Source: Hypanus sabinus
Lineage: Eukaryota
Assembly: GCF_030144855.1 (NCBI RefSeq)
Contig: NC_082718.1
Location: 90,334,001-90,398,000 of the forward strand
DNA: 64,000 nt
Reading direction: 5' to 3'
This document shows positions 1 through 13,300 of the stretch, piece after piece. The first letter of the stretch is position 1, and every line of letters starts with the position of its first letter. Under the pieces are notes generated by a model. The model was not told where the DNA came from, made no database searches, and saw only the letters and a list, made by a program, of their open reading frames with translations. A program made the translations under genes and the position numbers.

Positions 1-271
1 ACCAATTGTCAGCCTACCGTCCTCCCCTCTATGTAATACAGCACTCACCAATTGTCAGCCTACCGTCATCCCCTCTGTGTAATACAGCGCTCACCAATTG
101 TCAGCCTACCGTCCTCCCCTCTGTGCAATACAGCGCTCACCAATTGTCAGCCTACCGTCATCCCCTCTGTGTAATACAGTACTCACCAATTGTCAGCCTA
201 CCGTCCTCCCCTCTGTGTAATACAGCACTCACCAGTATTCAATGGTCTCCCCTTTGTGTAATACAGCACTC
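1..271. repeat. 46-bp minisatellite (about 5 units plus a variant unit; resumes after the L1 at 2917)
   Basis: Unit accaattgtcagcctaccgtc(c/a)tcccctctgtgtaatacagcactc starting at 1, 47, 93, 139, 185; variant at 231. Confidence 0.95.
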
Positions 272-2916
272 CTTTAATAATGCATTTACTAAGAAGAGAT
301 TACCCCAATCTTTTTATGAAGCTACTATCTCTCTAATTCTTAAAAAAGATAAGGATCCTACTTTATGTGCATCTTATCGCCCTATATCGCTATTAAATGT
401 AGACTCTAAGATTCTTACAAAAATTTTAGATATTAGGTTAGAAAAGTTACTAACACAGATTATTTCAGAAGACCAAACTGGTTTTATTAGGAACTGGTAT
501 TCCTTTTTTAATGTTAGAAAATTGATTAATATAATTTATACTTCTTCACCCACAACCTCAGAATGTGTTATTTCATTAGATGCTGAAAAAGCTTTTGATA
601 GAGTTGAATGGACATACTTATTTAATGCCTTGAAAAATTTTAATTTTAGTTCTAATTTTATATCATGGATTAAATTAATATATTATAAAACTGTTGCTTC
701 TGTTCTTACAAATAATTACAGATCCTCTTTTTTTCAATTATCTCACGGTACGAGACATGGTTGTCCCTTAAATCCTTTATTATTTAATATCGCATTAGAA
801 CCTTTAGCCATTGCTATTCGTGAATCTCCTAATATTTTTGGTATTACCCGTAATGAGAAGTTATACAAGTTATCATTTTATGCTGATGACTTGTTGTTAT
901 ATATTTCTGATCCTGACAGGTCTATTCCCGCTATTTTATCCTTGTTGGTTCAATTTGGTAGTTTTTCTGGTTATAAACTAAACTTGGATAAGAGTGAATT
1001 ATTCCCTTTAAATGCGCAAACTTTATTGAATGACAGGACACCATTTAAAGTTGTTACTGATAACTTTATTTATTTAGGTATAAAAATTACCAAGAAATAT
1101 AAAGATTTATTCAGATTGAATTTTTTACCTATGCTTCATCAAATTCAACAACCTACTACAAGATGGTCTCCCTTATCCTTATCATTAGTTGGTCGGATTA
1201 ATGCTATTAAAATGATGATTTTACCGAAATTCTTATATTTATTTCAAGCCTTACCAATTTTTATTCCTAAATCTTTTTTTGATAACATTGATTCAAAAAT
1301 TTCCTCATTTGTGTGGCAAAATAAAAACCCCAGGTTAGGTAAAAGATAATTACAAAAATCTAAAAAAGATGGTGGTTTAGCTTTACCTAACCTTAGATTT
1401 TACTATTGGGCGAATAATATTCGAAACTTAATATATTGGAAATTAGATTTGGATTCAGCGTTGTGCCCACAGTGGGTAAATTTAGAATGTAATGATGCAC
1501 AGGGATATTCTTTATTCTCCGTTCTTGGTTCTTCTCTTCCTGCTGATTTAGTTAAATTCAATAAACAGATATCCAACCCTATTGTCAAACACACATTACG
1601 AATTTGGTTTCAATTTCGTAAGTTTTTTACTCTGAAAAACTTTGTTCTTGATAGCTCTATCTTACTTAACTTCTTTTTTAAACCTTCTTTAACAGATCAA
1701 GCTTTTAGCATATGGAAAAGGAAAGGTATAAAATGTTTTCGAGATCTTTTTTCTGAAGGTAGTTTGATGTCTTTCGACCAACTTTCCAACAAATTTAAGT
1801 TACCTAAATCTAATTTTTTTAGATATTTACAAATCAGAAATTTTTTATATAAAGTTCTACCATCCTTTCCCAATTCAACTTTGATAGATTTTTCAGATAT
1901 GATTTTTACCTTGAATCCTTGTCAGAAGGGATTAGTGGCTCTTATTTATAATATGATTATGAAGATACAACCAGAAATATCAGGTAGAATTAAACAAGAG
2001 TGGGAAAAAGAACTTCAATATAATATATTAACAGAAAAATGGGAAAAAATTCTACAAATGGCTAATTCTTCTTCTATATGTGCTAAACATGCTTTAATAC
2101 AACTTAAGGTTGTACATAGAGCTCATATGTCTAAAGATAAGCTTGCTTGATTCTATTCTCATGTTAACCCTCAATGTGACAGATGTCATTCAGATGTGGC
2201 CTCATTGACCCACATGTTTTGGTCATGTCCGACCTTACATAACTATTGGAAGGACATATTTGCTCAATTTGGAATATTGATTTACAACCTCATTTTATTA
2301 CTGCAATTTTTGGTATACCAAATGAGGATGGTAATCGACTTTCCCCTTCAATTAGACGAATGATCGCCTTTGCAACATTAATGGCCAGAGGGTCTATATT
2401 ACAAAATTGGAAAGAAGTAAATCCTCCTACCACGTTTCAGTGGTTCTCTCAAACTATTTCTTGTCTGAGCTTAGAAAAAATTAGTACTATTTTCGATTCA
2501 TCAATTAAATTTGAAGAAACTTGGGGACCGTTCATTCGACACTTTCACATGAATTAATCTGGCCTCTTCCAGACCTTTTCTCTTTTTATTCTTGTTCTGG
2601 TATGGAGTTCCGGAGTTTTTGACACTATCATATACATATAAATTGTTATTATTGCCCATGTTAGTTTAGGTTTATTTTTTTTAATATATTTTTTTCTTCT
2701 TGTATTTTTAATTTTTTTTCTTTTGATGATTATTCTTATTCTTTTTCATGTATAATCAATTGATTGATAATTGTACTATTTTTTGCTGATATTTTAATAA
2801 GATATTGTTATCTTACTACTAATTCAACTTCAAGTCTAGTGCACTTATAACCTATTTAATATTATGTTATGTTTTTTTATATATATGAAATTTAATAAAA
2901 AGATTGAAAAAGAAAG
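272..2916 (+). mobile_element. 5'-truncated L1/Tx1-clade LINE (RT + C-terminal Cys/His motif), inactivated
   Basis: YRPISLLNVDSKIL, SLDAEKAFDRVEW, FYADDLL; CDRC...HMFWSC; stops at 1347 and 2148; AATAAA and A-rich tail; 12-bp TSD aatacagcactc at 260-271 and 2917-2928. Confidence 0.93.
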
Positions 2917-3404
2917 AATACAGCACTCACCAGTATTCAACGGTCTCCCCTATCTCCAAGTACAGACTAAGAATTAACACTGTCCTACTGCACACTGCCA
3001 CACTGGGCTGAGACCGCTAACGAGATTGCTAATGAGATCACCGCCCACCACAGCGAGTGCTAGCATTGCATGTCATGCGAAGACCAAAAAATGATGGTTA
3101 TTTATTTTTAATCACGATCTCTCTCAGGGCCCCTAGCAAGCTCTCACGGAATCCTGGTTGAGAAACCCTGGCTTTAACACTTTTAAACTATAGTAATAAA
3201 ACTTCACATCTGACTCTGCCTCATAATGTCTTTAAATAAGGAAGTTATTAAACACAACCAATGCCATCTATGATACGACTGAGTTAATAACTGTGTCTCA
3301 ATTGACACAGTTTTGTTTGGGACAGGTTTTACATTGTATTTTCAGTAGTTATCATACATTTACTAATAGTTTTTGTCTTTAATCAGAAAAGGGTAAGTGT
3401 GCAG

Positions 3405-3683
3405 ACATAAGATATCGCAGCAGAATTAGGCCATTTGGCCCATCATGCTATTTCATCATGGCTGATCCATTTCCCTCTCAGCCCCAATCTCCTGCCTTCT
3501 TCCCATAACCCATTATACCCTGACTAACCTCTGCCTTGAATATACCCAATGACTTGGCCCCCACAGCCATTTGTGGCAACAAATTCCACAGATTCACTGC
3601 CCTCTGGCTAAAGAAATTCCTCCTCCTCATCTCTGCGCTAAATGGATGCTCCCCTACTATGAGGCTGTGCCCTCTGGTCTTGG
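3405..3683 (-). mobile_element. CR1-like LINE 3' fragment
   Basis: Reverse complement resembles 19290-19610 (aggaatttctttagccagagg...gtgaatctgtggaat). Confidence 0.7.
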
Positions 3684-3939
3684 AATTATTTAAAATAATT
3701 AAGTTTATGCCTGTCAGGGCCTGTGCTGTTGTACACGAATTGCAATTGAAATTCCCGTGCTGTGCCTTCGTTATTGCAGGATCTCCCCAATAAACTGTTA
3801 GACAGGAAAGTTTAACTTCACTGAGCTGTCAGCGACACAGGTCGAGGCACTATGTCTCAGATTTTAAGATAATAATGGGCCTGGCAGTTTATGTGTTTAC
3901 GTAACATAGAACCAGACACGGAATGCGATGGCAGATTGT

Positions 3940-4300
3940 TCTGATTTGTTAAAACCGTGGCTGTTGAGGGCGATACGGTTCCAAGTTGCGGTAACGCCGG
4001 GCGCTGATCCTAGCAGCGAATATTGCGAAATGCGCGCTTGTGTTGCGGCTTCCGTAGCTGGAAGTCATGGCGTGCAATCGGAGGTAGGAGCTCCGGACGG
4101 TGAAGCGGCTCCCCCGCTAAACGGCTCGGGATGCCTCGGTACGCCCAGCTCGTGATAGGGCCCGCCGGCAGTGGAAAGGTACTTATCGACTCTGGCGGCA
4201 AATTGCGCACTTTAGTGGAGAATGGTTACTTAAAACACGCAGCTCACCAAAGTTGAATGGAGGAGTTGGGCCTGGATTCGCTGCCGCTGTGAACTGGACC
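3940..4300 (+). promoter_or_regulatory. CpG-rich GPN3 promoter / first exon
   Basis: Local CpG enrichment in AT-rich background; ETS-like CTTCCG and GGAAGT cores ~4049-4066, upstream of the ATG. Confidence 0.65.
4131..4178 (+). CDS. GPN3: GPN3 exon 1
   Basis: ATG at 4131, [16 protein letters not shown], then GT donor. Confidence 0.95.
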
Positions 4301-7300
4301 TTCCCTCGTGCTTTTGTTTAAGTACTACAAACCCAGTACAAAACAAACATGTTACTTTTTTTTTTCAGTTATTCTGTTGTAGATTTAATGATGTTTGAGA
4401 TGCAGATAATTCCTCGAGGCTTCAGACTGTAGCATTTATGCAACGAAGATGCAAATAAAGGTGCAATGGTCCTTGACCCAAACTCTTCAGCAAAGCATTT
4501 CGTGTTTCACAACGCCATTAGGAAATGTATTTTAACCTTTCAGTTAACTTATATTGGTGATTCATTTAATTCCTTAGGGAATCAAACAGCAATCTTCTAT
4601 TTAGATTCCTCCATAATAAAAAAAAACACTCAACTTTTTATTAACAGGGAACCTAAAACCACTTCCTAATTTTCATTTATTCCTGGTCCACTCTGTAGAT
4701 CAATAGTAACAAAAGATTCAGCTCATTGACAAAATTTCGTTGCTGTTTTTACAGTAGCCTTCCAAAAATATTTTTGTACAAAAGTTTTGACATGTTAATG
4801 TAGATTTCATTTTTTTTTTGCTGCTTAAGCTGAAATACTTGATAAAAATCATTTTGTAGTACCTTTAAGTTACAACAGGCATTTGTTTATCTGTTGAGAT
4901 ACAACATGGAATAGGCCCTTCAAGCCTGCCGCCCAGTAATCCCCTGATTTAATCCCAACTTGATCATGGGAGAATTTACAATGACCAATTGACATACCAA
5001 CTGGCACGTCTTTGGGCTGTGGGAGGAAACCCCTGTGGTCACGGGGAGTCCGTACAAACCCCTTACAGGTAGCAGTGGGAATTGAACCCAGGTCGCCTGT
5101 ACTGTAAAGCTCTGTGCTAACCATTAGACTACATCTGTTGATGTACAGTTTGCAAGTTAGTGAACCTTTTGCAATTAGCTGCTTTTCTGCATTAATTACT
5201 CAAAAGCTGTGGTCTATTCTTCATCTAAGTCACAATAATAGACAATCACAATCTGGCTAAACAATGCACAAACAATTCTACTTTTTATGTCTTTATTGAA
5301 TACCTTGCTTAAACGTTCACAGCCTTTGTATTTAATAACTGGTAGAACCTCCTTTGGCAGCAATAATGTCCACCGAATGTTTCCTGTGGCTGCTGATCAG
5401 AATGGTGAGGAGGAATTTTAGACCCATTCCTCCATACAGAACTGTTTCAGTTCATCAATATTTCTGGGATGCCTTGCGTGAAGTCATGCCGCAGCATCTC
5501 AATTGGGTTAAGGTCTGGACTCTGACTTGGCCATTCCAAAACGCAAATTTTCTTTTTAAACCATGCTGTTGTTGATTTATTCTTGGGTTTTAGATCATTG
5601 TCTTGTTGCACCATCCAACTTCTATTAAGCTTCAGCTAACAGACCACTATCCTGACATTCTCCTGTAAAAGTGCCTTGATACAATTTTGAATTCATTGTT
5701 CCGTCAACAATTGCAAGCTGTCCAGACCCTGAGGCAGCAAAGCAGCCACAAACCATGATGCTCCTTCCGCTATGCTTCACAGTTGGGATGAGGTGTTGGT
5801 GTGGAGTGCTCTTTTTCCTCCATAGTGTGCATTTTTTGCCTAAAAGTTCAACTGTTGTCTCAGCTGTCCACAGAACATTGTCCCAGAAGCGTTCTGGAAC
5901 ATCCAGGTAGACTTCTGCAAGCTTGAGAAGTGCAGCATTTTTTTTTTTTGGAGAGCTGTGGTTTCCACCATGGTGTCCTTCCATGAACACTATTCTTGTT
6001 CAGTGTTTTTCTTATAGTTGACACACAGAGACTTTAGCAAGTTCAAAGATTTCTGCAGATCTTTTGTTGTTACCCTTGTGTTCTTTGTTACTTCCTTGCA
6101 TGGTGTACTCTTGGTGTGATCTTTGCAGGATGCCCACTCCTAGTGAGAATAATAACAGTACAGAGTTTCCTCCATTTGTAGACAGTTTCTGCTACTGTGG
6201 ACTGATAAACACTCAGGAGTTTAGAAATGCTTTTGTAGCCTTTTTCCAGCTTCATGCACATCTACAATTCTTGTAAGGTCCTCTGAAAGTTGTGGCATAA
6301 ACAGATCTTTCTCAAGAAGAACAGGCTCTGTCAGTAACCTGACTTTGTGTGTCTTTTTTTTATATAGGGTGGGGCACCTCTACTACCTCTAGTATCTCAC
6401 TGATTAGGACTCCTGACTCCAAATAGCTTTTGTAGAAGGCGCTACCCCAGAGGTTCAGAGAACCTGGACCATGATTAGGAGTACTCAGTATTGACAAGAA
6501 GTAGTACAATTGCTTATGTGTTATTTCGTTAGGCAGATTGTGTTTGTTTTTGTGACTTGGATGAAAATCAGACTACATTTTATGAGTAATTAATGCAGAA
6601 AACCAGGTAATTGCAAAGGGTCCACAAACTTTTTCTTTCAGCTGTATTTTCTTTGCAGTATTGTATGATAGGTTGCAACAGTGATTATATAGTCATAGGA
6701 AAATAATCCTATAAAATAAAATTAACATGAGTTTATGTTTAAACTAAATGTATACTTTTGGATTGTATATCAAAGGGTTTTGATGTGGTATGTTTCTGAA
6801 ATAGTCCTTCAGAATATTGCAAATTTCAAGTCATAGGTGACAAGAAATAGAAAAATTTAATGCAAAAAAGACCTTCAACAGCTGGAGGCAGTTAGAGACT
6901 CAAGCAGAGTTTGTGTGAGGAAAGGAATTGTCAACATTTGGGATACAGATACAGCACCTATTCTGATTTAGGGTTTCAAACTGAAAGGTCAACAATTTCT
7001 TCCCCACCCACAGATACAACTAGACTGCTGACATCTTTCAGCAATCTTACGTTTCTCCCCCACAGCACCTGCAGTCTCTTTGAGAATTCTATGTTATTTA
7101 ACTGATGTATTTACCGTGAGGTGTGTAAAAGTTGTTTTTAATTTCAGAGCACTTACTGTTCTACTATGCAGCAGCACTGTGAGGTGTTGAATCGATCAGT
7201 ACAAGTGGTAAACCTTGACCCTGCTGCTGAATACTTTGACTATCCTGTCTTAGCAGGTAAGTTGACTTAGCAAAATACCTTTAAAATGATCATTTAAAAA

Positions 7301-10300
7301 CATATGAGGTTTACAAATGTACTTAATCATTGTGCATTAAGTAACTAATATAGCCTTGTGATGGTGTTGTGTTAGTGACAGCGAAGTTCTAAGCTCAAAG
7401 ACCTTAAACCATACCCGATGTAGATAACTGCAGGTACCCTCACTAAAGGGAGGTTGTACTGTAGCTACTCAAAGTTCAAAATCTAGTTCACTTCCCTGTT
7501 TATCTTCCATGGTGAGCTTAGCTGCCAGAACTCACTTTTTGAACCCCTGCCAAAGAGGAAATGCTTTTAATTAACAACATCATTCATTAAGTCCTGAAGA
7601 AGTGTCAGCTCAAAGTGTTGACTGTTTATTCATTTCCATAGATGCTGCCTGACCTACTGAGTTCCTCCAGCATTTTGTGAGTGTTGCTCAGGATTTCCAG
7701 CATCTGCAGAATCTCTTGTGTTCATTTACACAGTTCGTATACTTACAGTGAAAATATTATTGAAACAAATTTGGAACATAGAGGATTTCTATCTTACAAA
7801 TGCTTTCTAAATTACAAACCATTTGTAAAAACACAAAGGATTTCAAAACACAGGTACAGTGGACTGCAGGTGACCGATTCATCCGTCATGGGAATCAAAG
7901 GCAGTGGAATGAATTCTAGTCCTCCTTTCCCCCAGCTTTCTGTTATTCATGATGTTACTGGACCATTCCTAACAAGCCTGGACTGCTCTCTCTATTTCTC
8001 TCTCACTTGGGTGACTTCATACTTTGTTTTTTTCAGATACATTTTCACACAGGTGGTTTAAAAGTATCTGGAGACAGAGTTCCCAGGTACCCAGAATTAA
8101 TGCTGCAAAGCTGATTCCCTGAGTACACAAACCTTCCAACTATTAACAGATCAGCCTTTTGATATGCTGAGTGATATTATCAATTTGGTTTGCAATTTTC
8201 CTTGAACTAAATAACTTAGCCAGCATTGTCTGGTTTGATACAAGCCCAATTAACATTATAACATCATTGTCTTATACTGCAATCTCTTGAGTAGTAAGCC
8301 CCATGCTCTGAGCCAGCATCCTGTGCTATATAGATGGTGCTTGTTTGCAAAGCTGTCCTTTTAAATTGAAACCTATTATTGCTTGCTATTTAAATTAAGA
8401 ACTTAAGACTTGACCCCTGCTTATGACCAGAAGGTAAAGGAATATTGGTTGGAAGTTTAACTTACTCAAAAATAACGCTGACCATTAGAAGTGTCAGCTG
8501 CTAGTGTTTAGAAAGAAAGCCCCCACACCCATGTTGCCATTGGACAGTGAATATCCATCACAGTCTTATGCAAACAATTATACCTTAATGGTAAAAACTC
8601 ACAATAATTTATTGAAATGTTCCAAATATTTTATGCAACAAGAAAGTCTTTGGAATAATGTTTAAAAGAAAATCTTATCATGGTACTCAGAAAAAAGGTA
8701 AATTTAATTCCATTTAGGCATGATATCTCCCAATCCCTTTCTCTTCTGAGAAATTTAGCTGGTCCTTCTGCAAGGTGTTAATACTTTAGATTTCATTTTG
8801 TGGTGGCTTACTCTTTCTTCAGTATTTTGACATTGTGCTCCTTTAATGTTGAGTAAATTCCCTAGCAATTTTTATCAATATTCTTAACATTCCTGAAAGC
8901 TCCAAATTAAAATAATTCAATTTTGATTCTATAACATTTATTTCATAGTCATAACGATTGGTTTTTACGAAAGAAAATTAAAACCTAGTTGTTTAAAATT
9001 TTACTTTCAACATTATTATACAATTTGTTGAATTGTGCTTGTTTAGAAATCATTATTTTGATGCAATGCCCAGTTTCTTTGAAATTAAAATATCACCATG
9101 CATTAATCTTTCTACTGTTAATGGATGCAGATATCCGGGAGCTCATCCAAGTGGAAGATGTGATGGAGGATGACACGTTAAGGTTTGGCCCAAACGGTGG
9201 ACTCATTTTCTGCATGGAATACTTTGCCAACAACTTTGATTGGTTGGCAGATTGCCTTGGACACGTGGAAGATGATTATATACTATTCGATTGTCCAGGT
9301 AGGCAGTAATTTACATTTATTTTCTCCAGTGGTCTAGGAATTACTTTGGGTGGAGCTTCAAGGTTGAGGTTGACTTGGTTCTGAGGTAACAACCATCACC
9401 AAAGAAGCAGAATCAGATTTACTCTTACTGACATGTAACGTGAATTTATTTGTTCTCTGGCACCAGTATAGTGCAAAGACATACAAAGACAGTAAGAATG
9501 TATGAATTACATAAAAATTGTGCAAAGCAGAGGAATAACAAGGTAGATGTTTTGATGGTGTGAAAATATTGGTTATTTCGATTGTTGCACACCCTCTTAC
9601 TTCCTTTGAAGAAACCTGAACTGCTCAGTACCTTCGATGCTCTTATGTTAGTTTGAACAGTCTCGTTGCTGGAATTACCATGATTCCATGAGGATGTCAT
9701 ATTTCTTCAAAGAGCCTTTGAAGTGTATTTTCTGCCCTCAGGGAAATGTTAATGATGTGGGAGCTTGGAGTAGTTAATCTTGGGTTTGGAAGTCTGCAGT
9801 TTAATGCGGCCTTCCCATATGAGCATAATCAGAGCCTTGATGTTGGCCTGGGAGAGGTCACTCACTGAATTGCCCATAATGCCAATCAATTTGGAGGCTG
9901 TTGGGGAGGCAGCATCTGTGTCTGTCGTAAATTGACAGTGATTTGGGCTTCATACTTCCATCACTGCTCAGGTGTTGCATTTCCAGACTCACTTTGTAAC
10001 AGAGCCCATTATGATTTGATTGTTGGGGTCTACACTAATGTGTCTTTATTTGTTATTTACAGGACAGATTGAGCTATATACACACCTGCCAATAATGAAG
10101 CAGCTTGTCGAACAGTTACAGCAGTGGGAATTCCGTGTTTGTGGTGTATTTCTTGTTGATTCTCAATTTATGGTGGAGTCATTTAAGGTAATCGCCTCTA
10201 TTTTATGGAATTCAAAATTTGAGGTTGATGCTACTGCCTTATTAGAAACTCATGTTATCAGATATGCAGATTTTTATTAAGGTGAGTGACATGTAAAAGA

Positions 10301-13300
10301 ATAAAGTGCAATAATATACTTTGATCCCAGTTTTATTTTCCTTTCTTTACATGTAGTTTAATCTAAAGTTTTTGACAAAGTGGAAACAATTCATTTAAGG
10401 ATTAGATCATGAATACAATTTGGCTATTTGACTAAGGAGGTATAGTTTTGTCTGATACAGGGTCCCTACTAGTTAATTTGGCTGGGCTTTTCATGAGATC
10501 AATTACCAAAGTTTTTTTTTCTCTCACTTTAGATTTGAAACATTGGGGTCATTTATTACTGATTTGGTGTACCGGGTAATGAAAGAGCAGATGTTATAAC
10601 AGAGCAGGCACTTAAAAGTTGGCGGTAGATATTATAGTTGCTATGGGAAAGTATGAAATCTTGTATTTGGTTGGCTGGGATTGGGAAATGGCTGAAAGTG
10701 TGGGATAGGGGTGCGACAGGGAGGAGGTATTACAATTTGTTTCCATCGATTCCAAGGGGAGGGTTGCTTTTGGGAAGGGCGTGTGGTTTGGACATACGTG
10801 CTTGCACTCCACTTTGGCACTTGTTGGTAAGCATGGGAACAGGTGGTGTTATTTTTGTAAGGACATGTGATCATGGTGTGCCACAGATATTTGTTGGAAC
10901 GTAGGAAGCTGTTGAGACAATTATTGGGCAGACCGAGGGTGCCTAGTTTGCAAGATATTCTGGCACCTGAGGCAGAGACAGTTAAGTCATGTAGGGACCT
11001 GGGGAACTTTGTAAATAAAACATGTTTGGGAGGAATCTGATCCTCGTCATGGCTCATTTCATACTCCACTACAGTAGGTGACGGTTATGCACCCCCCTGA
11101 TAGGTGCCATTAGCACAAAAGAAGATGTAGCTACTGACTCATTGCGCCAGCTGAGATGGACAGATCACAAATAAAATTTGTGATTTTATGTTCGTCCAAA
11201 TCTTTCCATCAGCAAACTTCAATTCTGTATGTTTGAATGTTCTATATGAATGGCTTAATTCTGTCTTATACTGCAAAATATGAAATATGTAACATCATAA
11301 TTCTCTTAGTTTGTGTCAGGAGTAATGGCAGCTCTCAGCGCCATGGTCTCTCTGGAAATTCCGCAAGTCAACATCATGACAAAAATGGATTTACTTAACA
11401 AGAAAGCAAAGAAAGAAATTGAAAAGTAAGTGAAACCTTATTTCATGCCTGACCTGCTGAGTTCCTCCAGCATTTTGTGTGTGTCGCTTTGGATTTCCAG
11501 CGTCTGCAGATTTTCTCATGTACTTAGATGAATTACTTACTTAAGCCTGTCATCCCTACAAGGGCATAGGCTACCGCCAGCAGCTTGCCAGAGTCCTCGA
11601 GGTCTTTAGAGCTTCTTTTGGTGTTTCTGTAGCACTTTTTTTACGGGACAGGGGTTGCTAGCCCCCTGACCAATCCTCTTTCCGCAGCCAGGCTTGGGAT
11701 TGTCCATGGTGGAGTTGCACTGAAGTAGCTGCTGGGAATATTTACTCAGGCCCAAATACGGTTAAAGATTCCTACCCGTCAACCAGATCTGAAGTATAAT
11801 TGGAATTAAGCATGTACAGAGACTTGAAAAAAGACCTGGAAGTAACTATACTCTGGACTCTTTCAGTACTGTACAAGTAAAGAAATGGATGTGACCGAAA
11901 CAGTTCAATACATATGTGAAAAGATTTGATGATGCTTCTGAATGTGTTGGTGTAGCCACAAAATGATGGGAGCTTAGCTGTTTGGATTCAGAACTGGCTT
12001 ACGTGTAGAAGACAGAGGGTAGTTATTCGAGCTGGAGGTCTGTCATATTCATCTAAGATGGCGGTGAGACGCAGCTTGCAGCGGCCACTCTGGAACTGAT
12101 TATCTGTTATTTGTGAAGTGGGGTTCCGTGCACAATCATAATCGATTGAAAATGGACGTGGGAGCACGGAGGAACATCAGGAAATTCAAGGAAGACCTTC
12201 GTTGTTGCTGCTGCTGTGAGGTCCGGGACTCTGCTGGGAAGAACAGGCCCCCAGTCCTCGGGGTCGCGTTGCCAATGGCCGTTGGTGGGGCCGTCTTAAT
12301 ACGCTCGGCAGAGGATGGTGCTCGGAGAAGCTGTGCCGGAGGGGATGGTCATCGGCTCGGAGGTTTGATGGACTCAGAGTCCACTGTGGTCAGGTTGCTT
12401 TTGGTGTGTGCTGAGTCGGGCGGCGCCATGGAAGTCCATAGCGGGGGTATTCCCTTGTGCCGCTGGCGTGGGATGGCGAGTCTGTCAAGACCCTGGGGAC
12501 TTGTGGAAACTGTGTAGTGATTTCTTTTGAACTTATAGTCCTTTAACATCTTTGGACTATTTTTACTGTGCCCATGGTCTGTTTTTTTTATCAATTATGC
12601 TATTGTTTGCACTGTTGTAACTATATGTTGTAATTATGTGGTTTTGTGCAGGTCTTGTAGCTTTGGTTTTTGGTCTTGTTTTTGTCTGGTGGATTTGGAG
12701 CTCCTTTCCGGGGAATGCGCTGAGACGGTAGCGCGATATTAATATGCAGCAGCCTGTCTGGACTCTGGAATTGCCAAACTCTTTGGGGATTGGGGATTGC
12801 CAAACGTTATGTGGATTTTATGGTGAAGTCTGTTTTGTCATGTGCTTTTGTGATACCATTCTGGGGGAATGTTGTCTCATTTTTTAACTGTATTGCATTT
12901 GTGGTTTCTAAATGACAACAAACTGAATCTGAATTAGTGGACTTCCACAGGGATCTGTGCTGGGACCTTTGCTGTTTGTAATGTATATAAGTGAGCTGGA
13001 TGAAAATGTAGAAGAGTGCTTTAGTAAATTTGCAAATGATACCAAGATTGGTAGAGTTGTGGATGGTGTAGAAGACTGGCAAAAAATACAGCGCAATATA
13101 GACCAGCTGCAGATGTGGGCTGAGGAATGGCAGATGGAGTTTAACTCCGATAAATGTGAGGTGTTACATCTCAGGGCAATACGAGGAGACGGTACACTGT
13201 TAAGGGAAAGGTCCTTAACAGTGTTGCTGACCATAGAGATCTTGGGATCCAAGTTCATAGCTCCTTGAAAGTCACTACACAGGTCAATAAGGTGGTTAGG

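Noticed and set aside
1-271. CRISPR-like array
   Set aside because: Units are contiguous with no unique spacers, and the context is a vertebrate genome.
6-1349. 447-aa ORF as a novel repeat-RT fusion protein
   Set aside because: The N-terminus is translated minisatellite that happens to be in frame with a 5'-truncated L1; it starts at TTG and ends at a premature stop.
3180-4000. FAM216A first exon divergent from GPN3, as in human
   Set aside because: No minus-strand exon with recognisable similarity could be read here.
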